A stretch of DNA of 45,839 nucleotides from an uncultured Parvularculaceae bacterium (GCA_938010655.1 CALLVA010000070.1:1-45839), one strand, 5' to 3'; numbered from the stretch's first letter, positions 10,313-20,143 are shown. Notes: a model not told the origin generated them from the sequence alone. Translations and numbers: made by a program.

Positions 10313-10960
10313 TTAATCCGCTACTTTTTCCAAAGCCGTGATCTTGCGTATCGTCTTTTCTTCAAGGCCCTTCATCAGAGCAGTGCCTTTTACATGGATG
10401 GTCCACTCACTCGCATAAGTCCGGCCATCAGGGGCGCGCGCGCATTTGACTTTTGTATCAAAGGTTTCAACCTTCGCGATAAACATCGGCTTAAAGGGCT
10501 TTGGTGCCGTTAAGGACACTTCCAAAATGGCCGGGTTTTCTTTTGCGATAACGACTGTCCCCACGACCCCTTTCATCAATTTTTCTGAATCCTCATCATC
10601 AGGGTCAGGCAAAGGCTTGAAACTATATGTAATCGTATCATTTGTTTCAGACTGAATTGCTGCATCAGTGGGAATATATTTCGCGGTTTGGCTGCACCAC
10701 AGATTTTTCTCAGCGTTTTTATCAATCCGGCGGACAGCTTTTGCAAACTTCTTTGACCAAGGTTCTTCAGGTGCATTCGACAATTTAACGCGCTCGCCGC
10801 GCGGCTTGGACGGGTCTACCCGGCCAGCGGCTTCTATTTTTCGGTCTGCATAGCTCAATGTATAGGCATAAACCGGCCCATCCGTTGGCGCCTTCAAAGC
10901 TTGCTCCAAAGGCGTTGGCGACACGGCGGCGCTCGCCAACATATATAAAGAAAGCAACAT
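10313..10960 (-). CDS. exported protein of unknown function
   Basis: 215 aa with a short hydrophobic N-terminus (MLLSLYMLASAAVSP). The rest is hydrophilic with no recognisable motifs. Confidence 0.5.
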   Translation of the reverse strand: MLLSLYMLASAAVSPTPLEQALKAPTDGPVYAYTLSYADRKIEAAGRVDPSKPRGERVKLSNAPEEPWSKKFAKAVRRIDKNAEKNLWCSQTAKYIPTDAAIQSETNDTITYSFKPLPDPDDEDSEKLMKGVVGTVVIAKENPAILEVSLTAPKPFKPMFIAKVETFDTKVKCARAPDGRTYASEWTIHVKGTALMKGLEEKTIRKITALEKVAD

Positions 10961-11085
10961 TCTTAAGTTCCCTTAGTCTTATGAGACTTATTATCTCGCA
11001 TTTCTGTTATAATACCACAAAACATGCTGAAAATAAGGTCTGACGATTACATTTTCGTGAGCTGCCAAAACCCTTCAGGGGGGGG

Positions 11086-11502
11086 CTAATCCAAAACTGG
11101 CTTGCGGCGCATGGCTTTAACCTCGCCTCGCTTCTTTTTGGCCTCGACGCGCTTCTTCTTCTGGTTGTAGGACATGGGTTTTCGTCGCCTCATCACCGGG
11201 GCGATTAATGCTTTTTCAATTAGGGCTTTCAGGCGCTTGCGGGCTTCTTCGCGATTCATTTCCTGTTTGCGATGGGTCATAGCTTTAATGATAATCTCAC
11301 CATCCTTGGTGAGCCGAGACCCGGCCAGACGCCCTAATCGTGCTTGAACTTGAATGGGCAAATCGCTCGCGCCATCGACCTTAAACCGCAATTGCACCGC
11401 GCTGGCGACTTTATTGACGTTCTGGCCGCCCGGTCCGCTTGACCGGATAAAATTCTCTTCAAGATCAGCTTCATCTATTTCAACTGTATCATTAATGCGC
11501 AT
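11086..11502 (-). CDS. arfB: alternative ribosome-rescue factor ArfB (peptidyl-tRNA hydrolase, YaeJ family)
   Basis: 138 aa from the internal ATG 11502 of the 293-aa track ORF. It carries the GGQ motif (SSGPGGQNVNKVASAVQLRF) and a basic C-terminal tail (KKKRVEAKKKRGEVKAMRRKP). Confidence 0.85.
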   Translation of the reverse strand: MRINDTVEIDEADLEENFIRSSGPGGQNVNKVASAVQLRFKVDGASDLPIQVQARLGRLAGSRLTKDGEIIIKAMTHRKQEMNREEARKRLKALIEKALIAPVMRRRKPMSYNQKKKRVEAKKKRGEVKAMRRKPVLD

Positions 11503-11512
11503 TCCATTATTC

Positions 11513-11967
11513 CTATTCTGCAGGAAGTTGCGCCTTTGGTGATGCAATTTCTTCGTCCTGATCCCGACATATGGGCCAGAACATCTCATGTTGCCAGCTT
11601 TTGGACGCAATATTTTCAATCCCAAATTCATCAGGATAAGTCTGGTTAATCTTTGCCGTCCCAAACACCAAATCCCAAAAAAAAACAGATTGCCGTAATT
11701 GCCTTTATAATGGGTCACGTCATCCGTCATATGTTTCCCATGATGCGCCCGGTGCCAATTATACATCCATGGAATTTCATGACACGCCCAGTGCCACCAA
11801 TATTGCAGCATATCATCTGCAAATATTAAAATAATCAGCATGCCCCACCAAGGCAAATAAGCCAAACTATTCGCCGTTCCCGGAAAAACAAGTTCCCATA
11901 ACCAAGGCGCAATAAAGATCACCGCTGGATTGATCAATACGAACAAAAGCCAGCAAAATGCCCGCAA
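11513..11967 (-). pseudogene. fatty-acid hydroxylase/sterol desaturase-like membrane protein, frameshifted in a homopolymer (or a sequencing error)
   Basis: His boxes YWWHWACHE and WHRAHH, followed by NYGNLFFF. After the A9/T9 run (11677-11685) the family motif WDLVFGTAKINQTYPDEFGIEN continues in another frame and stops at 11513-11515. In the listed frame the ORF instead reads through into arfB. Confidence 0.55.
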
Positions 11968-12103
11968 TCGCTATTTTATAGTCAAATGGTGCTTCCATGG
12001 CTCCATGCCCGTTTGAAAAGAGGATGACACATAACTTCGTGAGTTGCACGAGCGCGAGGCAGGGCATAAGCTTACCCTTCAACCATCACGTAAAGGAACA
12101 ACC

Positions 12104-13735
12104 ATGAAACAGATATCCGTCGCAAAATGGGCCGATCTTCAAGACAGACAGCCCACCTATGCGCTGGTCGCGAATGTAGATCTTGTGGTTGTTCGATATG
12201 ATAATGAAGTCTCTGTTTTTTATGGCAGATGCCTCCATAGAGGGGCGCTGATGTCTGATGGCCACGTAGACAAAAACGACAATCTGATCTGCGGCGTTCA
12301 TGATTGGGATTATCGTTTGGATTCCGGCGTTTCCGAATATGAAAACGCTGAGAAATTGCCAAAATTCACTGCTAGCGTGAAGCGCGGCAAAGTCATGGTG
12401 GATGAAGATGAGATTAAAGCCTGGGCTGAGAAAAACCCACAACCGTTTAATCGCGATGAATATCTTGGGCTTTATCAAGATACCTCACATGGCACAGCGG
12501 AAGAACCGCATAATGGCCTTATTCAGTCTTATGCAAAGAATGGCCTTAAATCCACAGGGCATCACGGCGTCGTAGATGCGATGGGCGTGCCGCGTTCAGA
12601 ATTGCCAAATTGGGATGATATTCAGTTCCTAACAGCGCAACTAGCCAAAATGCCACTTCTGGATGATGATCCAGTCAGCACACAAACCATTATTGGACCA
12701 AAAGCCAAAAAGCCATTGCATTTGGACATTCCTCTCTTCGTTTCAGATATGAGCTTTGGCGCTTTATCAGAACCAGCTAAGATCGCCCTTGCCAGAGGCG
12801 CAGACCTTGCTGGCACGGGCATTTGCTCTGGTGAAGGCGGCATGTTGCCGGAAGAGCAAGAGGCTAATGCACGGTATTTTTATGAACTCGCCTCAGGCCG
12901 TTTCGGCTTTTCTTGGGACAAGCTCGCAAAAGTGCAAGCGTTTCACTTTAAAGGCGGGCAAGGGGCCAAAACGGGCACGGGTGGTCATTTGCCTGGCGAA
13001 AAAGTCGTCGGCAAAATTGCTGAAGTACGCGGCCTTGAGCCCGGCACCCCCGCAATCTCCCCTGCGCGTTTCCCGGATTGGACGAGCACAAAGCAGATCA
13101 AAGAATTTGCTGATGAAGTTAAAGAGCGCACAGGCGGCATTCCGATTGGATATAAACTATCTGCGCAACATATAGAGAAAGATATTGCAGCAGCGCTCGA
13201 AGTTGGTGTCGATTATATCATCCTTGATGGCCGCGGCGGCGGCACAGGCGCAGCGCCTACCCTATTTAGGGATAACATATCCGTACCCACCATACCAGCG
13301 CTCGCCAGAGCGCGGAAATTTCTCGATGAAAATGATCCGAATATCACTTTGGTGATTACTGGCGGACTGCGCACCCCTGCTGATTATGCAAAAGCCTTGG
13401 CCTTAGGAGCTGATGCAATCGCACTTTCAAATGTGGCAATGCAAGCCATTGGATGTATTGCCATGCGAGCCTGCCACACGAATAATTGTCCTGTGGGCAT
13501 TGCCAGCCAAAAACCACACCTTGTTTCGCGCCTTGTTGTCGAAAAATCTGCCCGGCAATTGGAAAACTTTTTCAATGCTTCTGTTGATTTGATGAAAGTT
13601 ATGGCGCGCGCTTGTGGGCATGATCGCCTAAGCGGCTTCAATATTGATGATCTCACAACATTTGACCAAAATATGGCGGCTTTATCAGGCGTGAGTTATG
13701 CAGGGGTTCTTCAACTTACGAATGATGATTTATGA
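12104..13735 (+). CDS. Rieske [2Fe-2S] domain fused to a glutamate-synthase-like FMN domain (GltS-related protein)
   Basis: The Rieske motif CLH-X17-CGVH lies in the first ~100 aa. The GltB FMN-domain signatures follow: ISDMSFGALS, CSGEGG, GGHLPG, ILDGRGGGTGAAP, GGLRTPADYAKALALGADA. Start taken at ATG 12104 (SD AAAGGA) instead of the track start 12044. Confidence 0.8.
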   Translation: MKQISVAKWADLQDRQPTYALVANVDLVVVRYDNEVSVFYGRCLHRGALMSDGHVDKNDNLICGVHDWDYRLDSGVSEYENAEKLPKFTASVKRGKVMVDEDEIKAWAEKNPQPFNRDEYLGLYQDTSHGTAEEPHNGLIQSYAKNGLKSTGHHGVVDAMGVPRSELPNWDDIQFLTAQLAKMPLLDDDPVSTQTIIGPKAKKPLHLDIPLFVSDMSFGALSEPAKIALARGADLAGTGICSGEGGMLPEEQEANARYFYELASGRFGFSWDKLAKVQAFHFKGGQGAKTGTGGHLPGEKVVGKIAEVRGLEPGTPAISPARFPDWTSTKQIKEFADEVKERTGGIPIGYKLSAQHIEKDIAAALEVGVDYIILDGRGGGTGAAPTLFRDNISVPTIPALARARKFLDENDPNITLVITGGLRTPADYAKALALGADAIALSNVAMQAIGCIAMRACHTNNCPVGIASQKPHLVSRLVVEKSARQLENFFNASVDLMKVMARACGHDRLSGFNIDDLTTFDQNMAALSGVSYAGVLQLTNDDL

Positions 13736-14554
13736 TAGAAGAGCATCGCGCAACATCAAACAAGCGGTGATGCATAAATAGCCAGCAAAAATGCGATTTA
13801 GCCATGTTTTATCAAGTTTATGCGCCAGCTTTGCCCCTAATGGCGCCGTTAAAAATGTCATGGCAGCAATCACAGCGAATGCGGGGAGGTTCACAAAACC
13901 AATAGACCCAAGGGGCAAACCACTGACGCCCTGCCCCGCGAGCATAAAACCTAATGTGCCGGGCACAGCAATCGCCAATCCAAACCCAGCCGCTGTCGCT
14001 ATAGCTTGATGAATCGTCCGTCCAATGGATGTCAAAACGATCACGGCCATGACACCGCCGCCAATTCCCATTAAACTAGAAGCTGTACCGATGATTAATG
14101 TTGATGGTATACGGATTACATTATTCGGTAGAGGCGGAAAACCTTCTCGCTCTGGTGTTGGTTTCAAGGGTCGTAATTTTTGCAGCGCCACAAGGAAAAC
14201 TGCCACAGCAAAGAATATTGTCAGGCCATCACCGCTAGCATATCGCGCAATAACCGCCCCCAAAATTGCGCCGCAGGCCAGCAACCCCATCCAATTTTTT
14301 AATAAAGCGACATCAACCGCGCCATGCTTTTGATGCGCCCGCAAAGACCGAATGGAGGTTATAATGATCGTGGCCAAAGAGGTGCCAACAGCCAGTTTAA
14401 TCCGTGCGTCTTCTGGCACCCCAAGCTGTCCCGACGCGGCATAGAGCGCAGGTACAATAACCACCCCCCCGCCGATCCCGAATAGGCCACCGAGAAAACC
14501 AGCAAAGAGACCAACGGCCAATAATGGCAGAACTAAAAAAAGAAGATCAGCCAT
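13730..14554 (-). CDS. TauE/SafE family sulfite/anion exporter
   Basis: 274 aa with 7-8 TM segments and Gly-rich repeats (GFLGGLFGIGGG, SSLMGIGGG). Its ATG overlaps the dusA stop. Confidence 0.8.
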   Translation of the reverse strand: MADLLFLVLPLLAVGLFAGFLGGLFGIGGGVVIVPALYAASGQLGVPEDARIKLAVGTSLATIIITSIRSLRAHQKHGAVDVALLKNWMGLLACGAILGAVIARYASGDGLTIFFAVAVFLVALQKLRPLKPTPEREGFPPLPNNVIRIPSTLIIGTASSLMGIGGGVMAVIVLTSIGRTIHQAIATAAGFGLAIAVPGTLGFMLAGQGVSGLPLGSIGFVNLPAFAVIAAMTFLTAPLGAKLAHKLDKTWLNRIFAGYLCITACLMLRDALLS

Positions 14555-15537
14555 TATCCAGCATCCGCCAATTCCAACATCGCATTAAGCGCTTTTTCAA
14601 CCACAGCGAAAGTTGCATCAGGCTTAGACCCTTCAACGGTCAAAATTTGCCGCCAGCGACGGGCGCCGGGCATGCCATGAAATAAGCCCAACATATGCCG
14701 TGTAATTTGCGCCAGCTTTCCGCCTTGCGCCAAATGTGCTTCAATATATCCCTCAATTTGCAAAACAACTTCTTGCCGCGCTTGCAGAACTGGCTCTTGA
14801 TCAAAAATGATGCGATCAACCTCATGCAAAATCCAAGGCTTTTCATAGGCCGCGCGGCCCAACATCACACCATCGAATTTTTTCAAATGCGTTTCGCTTT
14901 GCTCAATCGTCTGTATGCCCCCATTTAAGATAATTGTCAGATTCGGATATGCTTTCTTCACTTCAGCAACAATTCCATAATCCAATGGCGGGATCATCCG
15001 GTTTTCTTTTGGGCTTAATCCTTTAAGCCATGCCTTGCGCGCATGCACAATAAAAGTCTCGCAACCTGTGGCAGAGACTTTTTCAACAAACTCAAATAAC
15101 GCCTCTGCTGGCTCTTGATCATCCACGCCAATGCGAGACTTAACAGTGACGGGCACAGAAACAGCCTCGCGCATTGCCGCAATACACTCCGCTACCAAGT
15201 CTGGCTCCTTCATTAGACAAGCGCCAAATGTACCGGATTGCACCCGGTCCGACGGGCACCCCACATTCAAGTTTATTTCATCATAGCCGTAATCCACCCC
15301 AATCTTCGCCGCTTCCCGCAGCCGCTTCGGATTACTCCCGCCGATTTGTAACGCAACAGGATGCTCCGCAGGGTCAAATTTTAGCAAATAGTCTCGATCC
15401 CCTTGCAAAATCGCCTCACCGACAATCATCTCCGTATAAAGCAATGCATGGCGCGTTATGAGGCGATGGAAATATCGACAATGCCGATCTGTCCAATCGA
15501 TCATAGGGGCAACGGAAAAACGGTGTGGACTGATCAT
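14554..15537 (-). CDS. dusA: tRNA-dihydrouridine(20/20a) synthase DusA
   Basis: 327 aa. It carries RFSVAPMIDWTDRHCRYFHR, the catalytic region NLNVGCPSDRV and the motif FIVHARKAW. Confidence 0.92.
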   Translation of the reverse strand: MISPHRFSVAPMIDWTDRHCRYFHRLITRHALLYTEMIVGEAILQGDRDYLLKFDPAEHPVALQIGGSNPKRLREAAKIGVDYGYDEINLNVGCPSDRVQSGTFGACLMKEPDLVAECIAAMREAVSVPVTVKSRIGVDDQEPAEALFEFVEKVSATGCETFIVHARKAWLKGLSPKENRMIPPLDYGIVAEVKKAYPNLTIILNGGIQTIEQSETHLKKFDGVMLGRAAYEKPWILHEVDRIIFDQEPVLQARQEVVLQIEGYIEAHLAQGGKLAQITRHMLGLFHGMPGARRWRQILTVEGSKPDATFAVVEKALNAMLELADAG

Positions 15538-15888
15538 TCTAACTCGGTATTTTTGCGAGGCGGTTTATAATAACAGACCCTTTCTTAGGCGTAACTGCAC
15601 CAATTTGCACTAAAAATCGCAGATTTTTGCGCCACTCGGTAAACTTGAAATATGAGCATAATCAGGGGGTTAAATGTGTTCACCAAGGCAGCAATCATCC
15701 TTATTCAACTCATACGACTAATATTGCTCCCTTAATATTCATAGAAAATCTGCCAAACCAATAAGTTGCTGAGAAAGAATGGAATTCCCCCTCGCCTTGT
15801 TCCATAAGCGAAAATTGTATAGGTTCACTCTATAATGAGACATAGCATCTATAATTTTCGTAGATTGGCATATTAAGGGTGAGACACC

Positions 15889-16716
15889 ATGCGCTTTAAT
15901 TTGATTATTTTTATTTTGGCTTTTTTTCTCCTAAGTACAGCTTGCACCAATGCGACGGAGCAACAAGAATTTCCAAACCAAATCCCGGTGAAAGAGAAGC
16001 TTGAAGATCAAACGACATACTTAAAGAACTGGACATTTGTTGATAAAAGCGCGCCCCATATTATTAGAATGATTAAGCCTGAGAATCCTGTCTTCGATGG
16101 AGCGCTTTTGTGGCATGGGTATATAGAAACACAAACCGAGAAAGACGCAGCCTTCTCCGCCCTCAAAGCGGAAGGGTTCAAGAACCCCAAAATCACATCG
16201 ATCCGAGAAACGAATGTCGAATTTCTTCGTCGGATCGACCGCCATCCAGAAGCGCGTGCTTTTATTATGGAAGTCGAAGGCAAATTATCCGGTAAACCGG
16301 CGCGGGCAAATATATATACCTGGTCCGGAACCGCTCTCGAAAAGTCAGGCAAAAAGACATTAGTCCATGTTTTCATGGCACCTCAGCCAATCTATGAAGC
16401 AATGGGAGGATTTGCGGTCAACAGTGTCTATAGTCTGGATGCAATGGTTCCTGCTGATAGTATCATGCTCGAACTTGGTCAATTTTCCCCAGAGAAAGCC
16501 ACCACTCAGATGGTGCAACTTTTCAATAGTTGGGCAATTACTTATATCGAAACTGATATGGCAATTACACAAATGTTGATGGGGCAAACGATGTCGATGA
16601 ACCAACAACTCCTCAACAGTATGCAAAGCTATAATAATGCCCTGTCTCAATGCGGCGGGTGGGATTGTAGTATGTCACAGGGCGCTGATGGGACGTGGAC
16701 TTCTACGCCAGATTAA
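15889..16716 (+). CDS. lipoprotein, unknown function
   Basis: 275 aa. Signal peptide with a lipobox-like LLSTAC. Sits in AT-richer DNA with no recognisable domains. Confidence 0.6.
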   Translation: MRFNLIIFILAFFLLSTACTNATEQQEFPNQIPVKEKLEDQTTYLKNWTFVDKSAPHIIRMIKPENPVFDGALLWHGYIETQTEKDAAFSALKAEGFKNPKITSIRETNVEFLRRIDRHPEARAFIMEVEGKLSGKPARANIYTWSGTALEKSGKKTLVHVFMAPQPIYEAMGGFAVNSVYSLDAMVPADSIMLELGQFSPEKATTQMVQLFNSWAITYIETDMAITQMLMGQTMSMNQQLLNSMQSYNNALSQCGGWDCSMSQGADGTWTSTPD

Positions 16717-16805
16717 TTCAATCTTGCGATATCAAAAGAGATGGCCCTTGAGATGGTCCGCGTCTATCGCGCCATAAAGAATAAAAATATTGGTTTAGAC
16801 CAGCT

Positions 16806-17306
16806 TCACTGAATAAATTTGTCTTTGTCAGGATGATCCGCTTCTGCTTTTACCGTCCAAATACTTGCCGTACCGCTTTGGCTATACGTCAAAGTTACAA
16901 TAGCGTCAGATTTTGATAGAAAACCAAACAAATTTCGACCATTTTGTTCTAAGTCTTTTTTAGATCTTTTAAATGCAGCAACGCGTTTTGAGAAATTCTT
17001 TTTCCCAGAAAAACCCTTGTCAACAGAATACCCCAACCCTTCCACAAGTAATTCACATGTATGACGGTCTTCTGATAATCGCAAAGAAACATTGTTAAAA
17101 CGCGTCGAGTAATAATCAAATTCAGATTGCTTAGGCATATCAACTTTGGTGAGGCCAATTTTTGGCTCTTCTCCATTTGAAAGCGGTTTCACGCAATAAG
17201 AAACGACCGCTGCCAGCGCATCCTGATTATCCGCAGCCTTGGAAAAGGGTTGAGCGTTACAAGCCATCAAAATAGTAGCGCTTAAAACACAAAAAACGGT
17301 TCTCAT
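16806..17306 (-). CDS. lipoprotein, unknown function
   Basis: 166 aa. Signal peptide with the lipobox ILMAC/N. Confidence 0.55.
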   Translation of the reverse strand: MRTVFCVLSATILMACNAQPFSKAADNQDALAAVVSYCVKPLSNGEEPKIGLTKVDMPKQSEFDYYSTRFNNVSLRLSEDRHTCELLVEGLGYSVDKGFSGKKNFSKRVAAFKRSKKDLEQNGRNLFGFLSKSDAIVTLTYSQSGTASIWTVKAEADHPDKDKFIQ

Positions 17307-17371
17307 TATTTTGTCCTTATCCGTGTTCCTACTTAACTATACTCATGATTGATTTTAATTACTTTGATTGA

Positions 17372-17410
17372 TGGTCGAGCATGGGCGCGGCGAAAATTTA
17401 GGCGCCGCAT
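17372..17410 (-). pseudogene. possible orphan dusA 5' fragment / internal att copy
   Basis: The minus strand reads ATGCGGCGCCTAAATTTTCGCCGCGCCCATGCTCGACCA, which gives MRRLNF in one frame and FAAPMLD in another. DusA here reads RFSVAPMID. About 2/3 nucleotide identity over ~25 nt including ATGnTCGA. It forms a GC-rich patch inside an AT-rich spacer. Confidence 0.3.
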
Positions 17411-17745
17411 GTGTTAAAAATGATAGGTAGTATTTTAAAAAAGTCTGAAAGATAGATATTGTTTTAGCTTATCACTCTTCTTCGTTAAATGCCATATCTT
17501 CTTTGATTCTTACGTTGCCTAAGCCTGATCTTCTCAATCAACACATCTATCAAAGTAGCAGCCACCATATCAAGAAAATCTGCCGCATTTAAATTTCCCT
17601 TCGAATTCAAAATAATATATCAATTGGCAATCTAACATATTAGGTTGCAAAGGGTGAACAGATCGAACTTACATAGTCGTCCTATTGCTGAAATGATGCA
17701 GCAAGTCCCCGCGATAGTAGATAATAATCTTGTTGAGAAAAGAAA

Positions 17746-18972
17746 ATGAAAATTACAGGTGCAGAAGTTTTTGTTGGTGGCCCGGGAAAGAATTACGTCA
17801 CCTTAAAAATCATGACCGATCAGGGCATTCATGGTTTAGGCGACGCCACGCTTAATAATCGTGAAACGCTTCCGGCGGCTTATCTCAAAGATTATCTTAT
17901 CCCCTGTTTGATCGGGATGGATCCGCGCAACAGCGAAGATATCTGGCAGTACTTTTATCTAGGCGCATATTTCCGGCGTGGCCCCATCGCTATGGCCGCT
18001 TTTGGGGCGATTGATATGGCGCTCTGGGATATTAAAGGAAAAATCGCCAACCTACCTGTTTATCAACTCCTTGGCGGGAAAAGCCGAGACGGCGCCCTGT
18101 TATATGCCCATGCAACTGGCGCAGATGTAGATGATCTTTTAGAATCCATCGACCAATATGTCGCACAAGGCTATAAAGCTGTGCGAGTCCAATGTGGTAT
18201 CCCCGATATGCCGGAAGGCGGTTACGCTATTCCTGAAAAAGGACAGCACAATGATCAATTCATCACAAAATTCACAGGCGATGTTCCGAAACTAGAAATT
18301 TGGGATACGGAAAAATATTTAAAATATATGCCTACCGTGTTCGAAAAAATTCGAGAGCGATTTGGCGATGATTTGAAAATACTACACGATGTTCACCACA
18401 GATTATTACCAAGAGAAGCAGCGGCCTTTGGCAAGGAAATTGAGAAATACAACCTTTTCTGGCTCGAAGATCCAACCCCAGCGGATGATCAATCCGCATT
18501 AAAATTAATCAGACAACACACAACCGTGCCAATTGCCATTGGTGAAGTTTTTAATTCCCTTTGGGATTGCAAACAGATGATTGAAAATGAATGGTTAGAT
18601 TATATTCGCGTCGCTGTGACATATGCGGGTGGCATTACGCATGTTAGACGGATTGTTGATTTGGCTGCCATGCATCATGTAAAAACCGGGTTTCATGGCG
18701 CACCCAGTCATTCACCCATTTCCATGGCGGCTCAAGCGCATATAAATGCATGGGCCCCCAATTTTGGGATTCAAGAATATTTAGTCTTGGGCACAAAGGA
18801 ATGTGACGCCCTCTTCCCATCAGATCATGTTTGCAAGGACGGCAATTTTTATGTCAGCGACGCGCCCGGCTTAGGGGTAGACTTTGATGAAAAAGAAGTA
18901 AAAAAATACACATATGAACGCGGCTTTCACCCTGTTGTGCGCTTGGAAGATGGCACAATGTGGAACTACTAG
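17746..18972 (+). CDS. manD: enolase-superfamily D-mannonate dehydratase (ManD subgroup)
   Basis: 408 aa. The N-terminus MKITGAEVFVGGPGKNYVTLKIMTDQGIHGLGDATLNNRE is characteristic of the ManD subgroup. The acid-sugar substrate cannot be fixed from sequence. Confidence 0.8.
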   Translation: MKITGAEVFVGGPGKNYVTLKIMTDQGIHGLGDATLNNRETLPAAYLKDYLIPCLIGMDPRNSEDIWQYFYLGAYFRRGPIAMAAFGAIDMALWDIKGKIANLPVYQLLGGKSRDGALLYAHATGADVDDLLESIDQYVAQGYKAVRVQCGIPDMPEGGYAIPEKGQHNDQFITKFTGDVPKLEIWDTEKYLKYMPTVFEKIRERFGDDLKILHDVHHRLLPREAAAFGKEIEKYNLFWLEDPTPADDQSALKLIRQHTTVPIAIGEVFNSLWDCKQMIENEWLDYIRVAVTYAGGITHVRRIVDLAAMHHVKTGFHGAPSHSPISMAAQAHINAWAPNFGIQEYLVLGTKECDALFPSDHVCKDGNFYVSDAPGLGVDFDEKEVKKYTYERGFHPVVRLEDGTMWNY

Positions 18973-18992
18973 AAAGATAAGGTAGTAGAATA

Positions 18993-20132
18993 ATGACTAC
19001 AAAATTAAAAGTATTGGTATACGGAACAGGGTTTGCAGGGCAAGGTCATGCTGAAGCTTTTAGAAACGCTGGCACAGAAGTTGTGGGCATGGTCGGCAGA
19101 ACGGAAAGTGTTTTGCAAGATGTCGCGGCAAAAATGAATATTCCCTATACGTCAACAGATTGGCAAAAAGCCTTGGCCGATTGCCAGCCAAATATTGTGT
19201 CAATCGCAACGCCAGGTGGCGCACATTACGAGCCGATCAAACAAGCCATTTCTGCAGGTGCTCATATTTTTTGCGACAAACCACTCACAGCAGAAGGCAA
19301 CACCGCAACCGAGCTATATGAATTATCCAGCAAAAAAGGCATCAAAACCGCTTTCGCCGCAAGCTTTCGATATATGCCAGAAGTTTTGCACGCCAAACGT
19401 TTGGTCGCAGAGGGTGCCATTGGCGAGCCATTGGAAGTTGAATGCGTTTCTCATTTTAATTTGGAACGGGACATTCCCTTTGGATGGTCACATCGGAAAG
19501 AAGATGGCGGCGGGCGATTGAATAACAATTTTACCCACAAACTCTCTATCGTGACCTCAGTGATAGGCGAAAAGATCCTATCCATTATGGGCGAAGTCCG
19601 CGACGATCTCGGCAAAGCCCCAATTGTTGAAGGTGTTCATAATTTCAAAACCAGACGTGAGCATATTCCCGATGATCTCAATGACCCCACTTTGAAATGG
19701 GGCGAGTCTAATGTGGAATGGTCCTATACGGTCTTGGCGCAATTAGAGAGCCCCCTTGCAACAAAACCTGTCTCTGTTACCTTTAGACATGGTGGTCTTC
19801 ACCCACGTTTTAACGAAGATTATATTGCGTTTTATGGCAGCAAAGGCACGATATATATCAAAGGCCATTATGGCAGTGGGCCGCTTTATTTATATGGCGC
19901 GACCAAAGCTTGGGAAGAAATTAAATTACCAGATGATATTGCCGCTGATATACCCGATATTAAAGGGGATACGGAACGGAATTGGCAATATCTTATCCGC
20001 GAATTGGTCAAGGATATAAAGGGTGAAGCTGTTGCCTCCTATCAATCGTTTAAAGAGGGCAGTCAATATCAACAGTTAATCGATATTATCCGCCAAAACG
20101 ATCATTGGGTTGATGTTAGCCATTTGCAATAA
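18993..20132 (+). CDS. Gfo/Idh/MocA family NAD(P)-dependent oxidoreductase
   Basis: 379 aa with VLVYGTGFAGQGH, SIATPGGAHYEP and GAHIFCDKPL. Confidence 0.8.
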   Translation: MTTKLKVLVYGTGFAGQGHAEAFRNAGTEVVGMVGRTESVLQDVAAKMNIPYTSTDWQKALADCQPNIVSIATPGGAHYEPIKQAISAGAHIFCDKPLTAEGNTATELYELSSKKGIKTAFAASFRYMPEVLHAKRLVAEGAIGEPLEVECVSHFNLERDIPFGWSHRKEDGGGRLNNNFTHKLSIVTSVIGEKILSIMGEVRDDLGKAPIVEGVHNFKTRREHIPDDLNDPTLKWGESNVEWSYTVLAQLESPLATKPVSVTFRHGGLHPRFNEDYIAFYGSKGTIYIKGHYGSGPLYLYGATKAWEEIKLPDDIAADIPDIKGDTERNWQYLIRELVKDIKGEAVASYQSFKEGSQYQQLIDIIRQNDHWVDVSHLQ

Positions 20133-20143
20133 GAGATAAGTGC

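Noticed and set aside
11086-11967. The 293-aa track ORF treated as one protein, a hydroxylase-ArfB fusion.
   Set aside because: The middle ~55 residues are out-of-frame junk created by the homopolymer shift. ArfB has its own ATG at 11502, and the hydroxylase motif continues in another frame to a stop at 11513.
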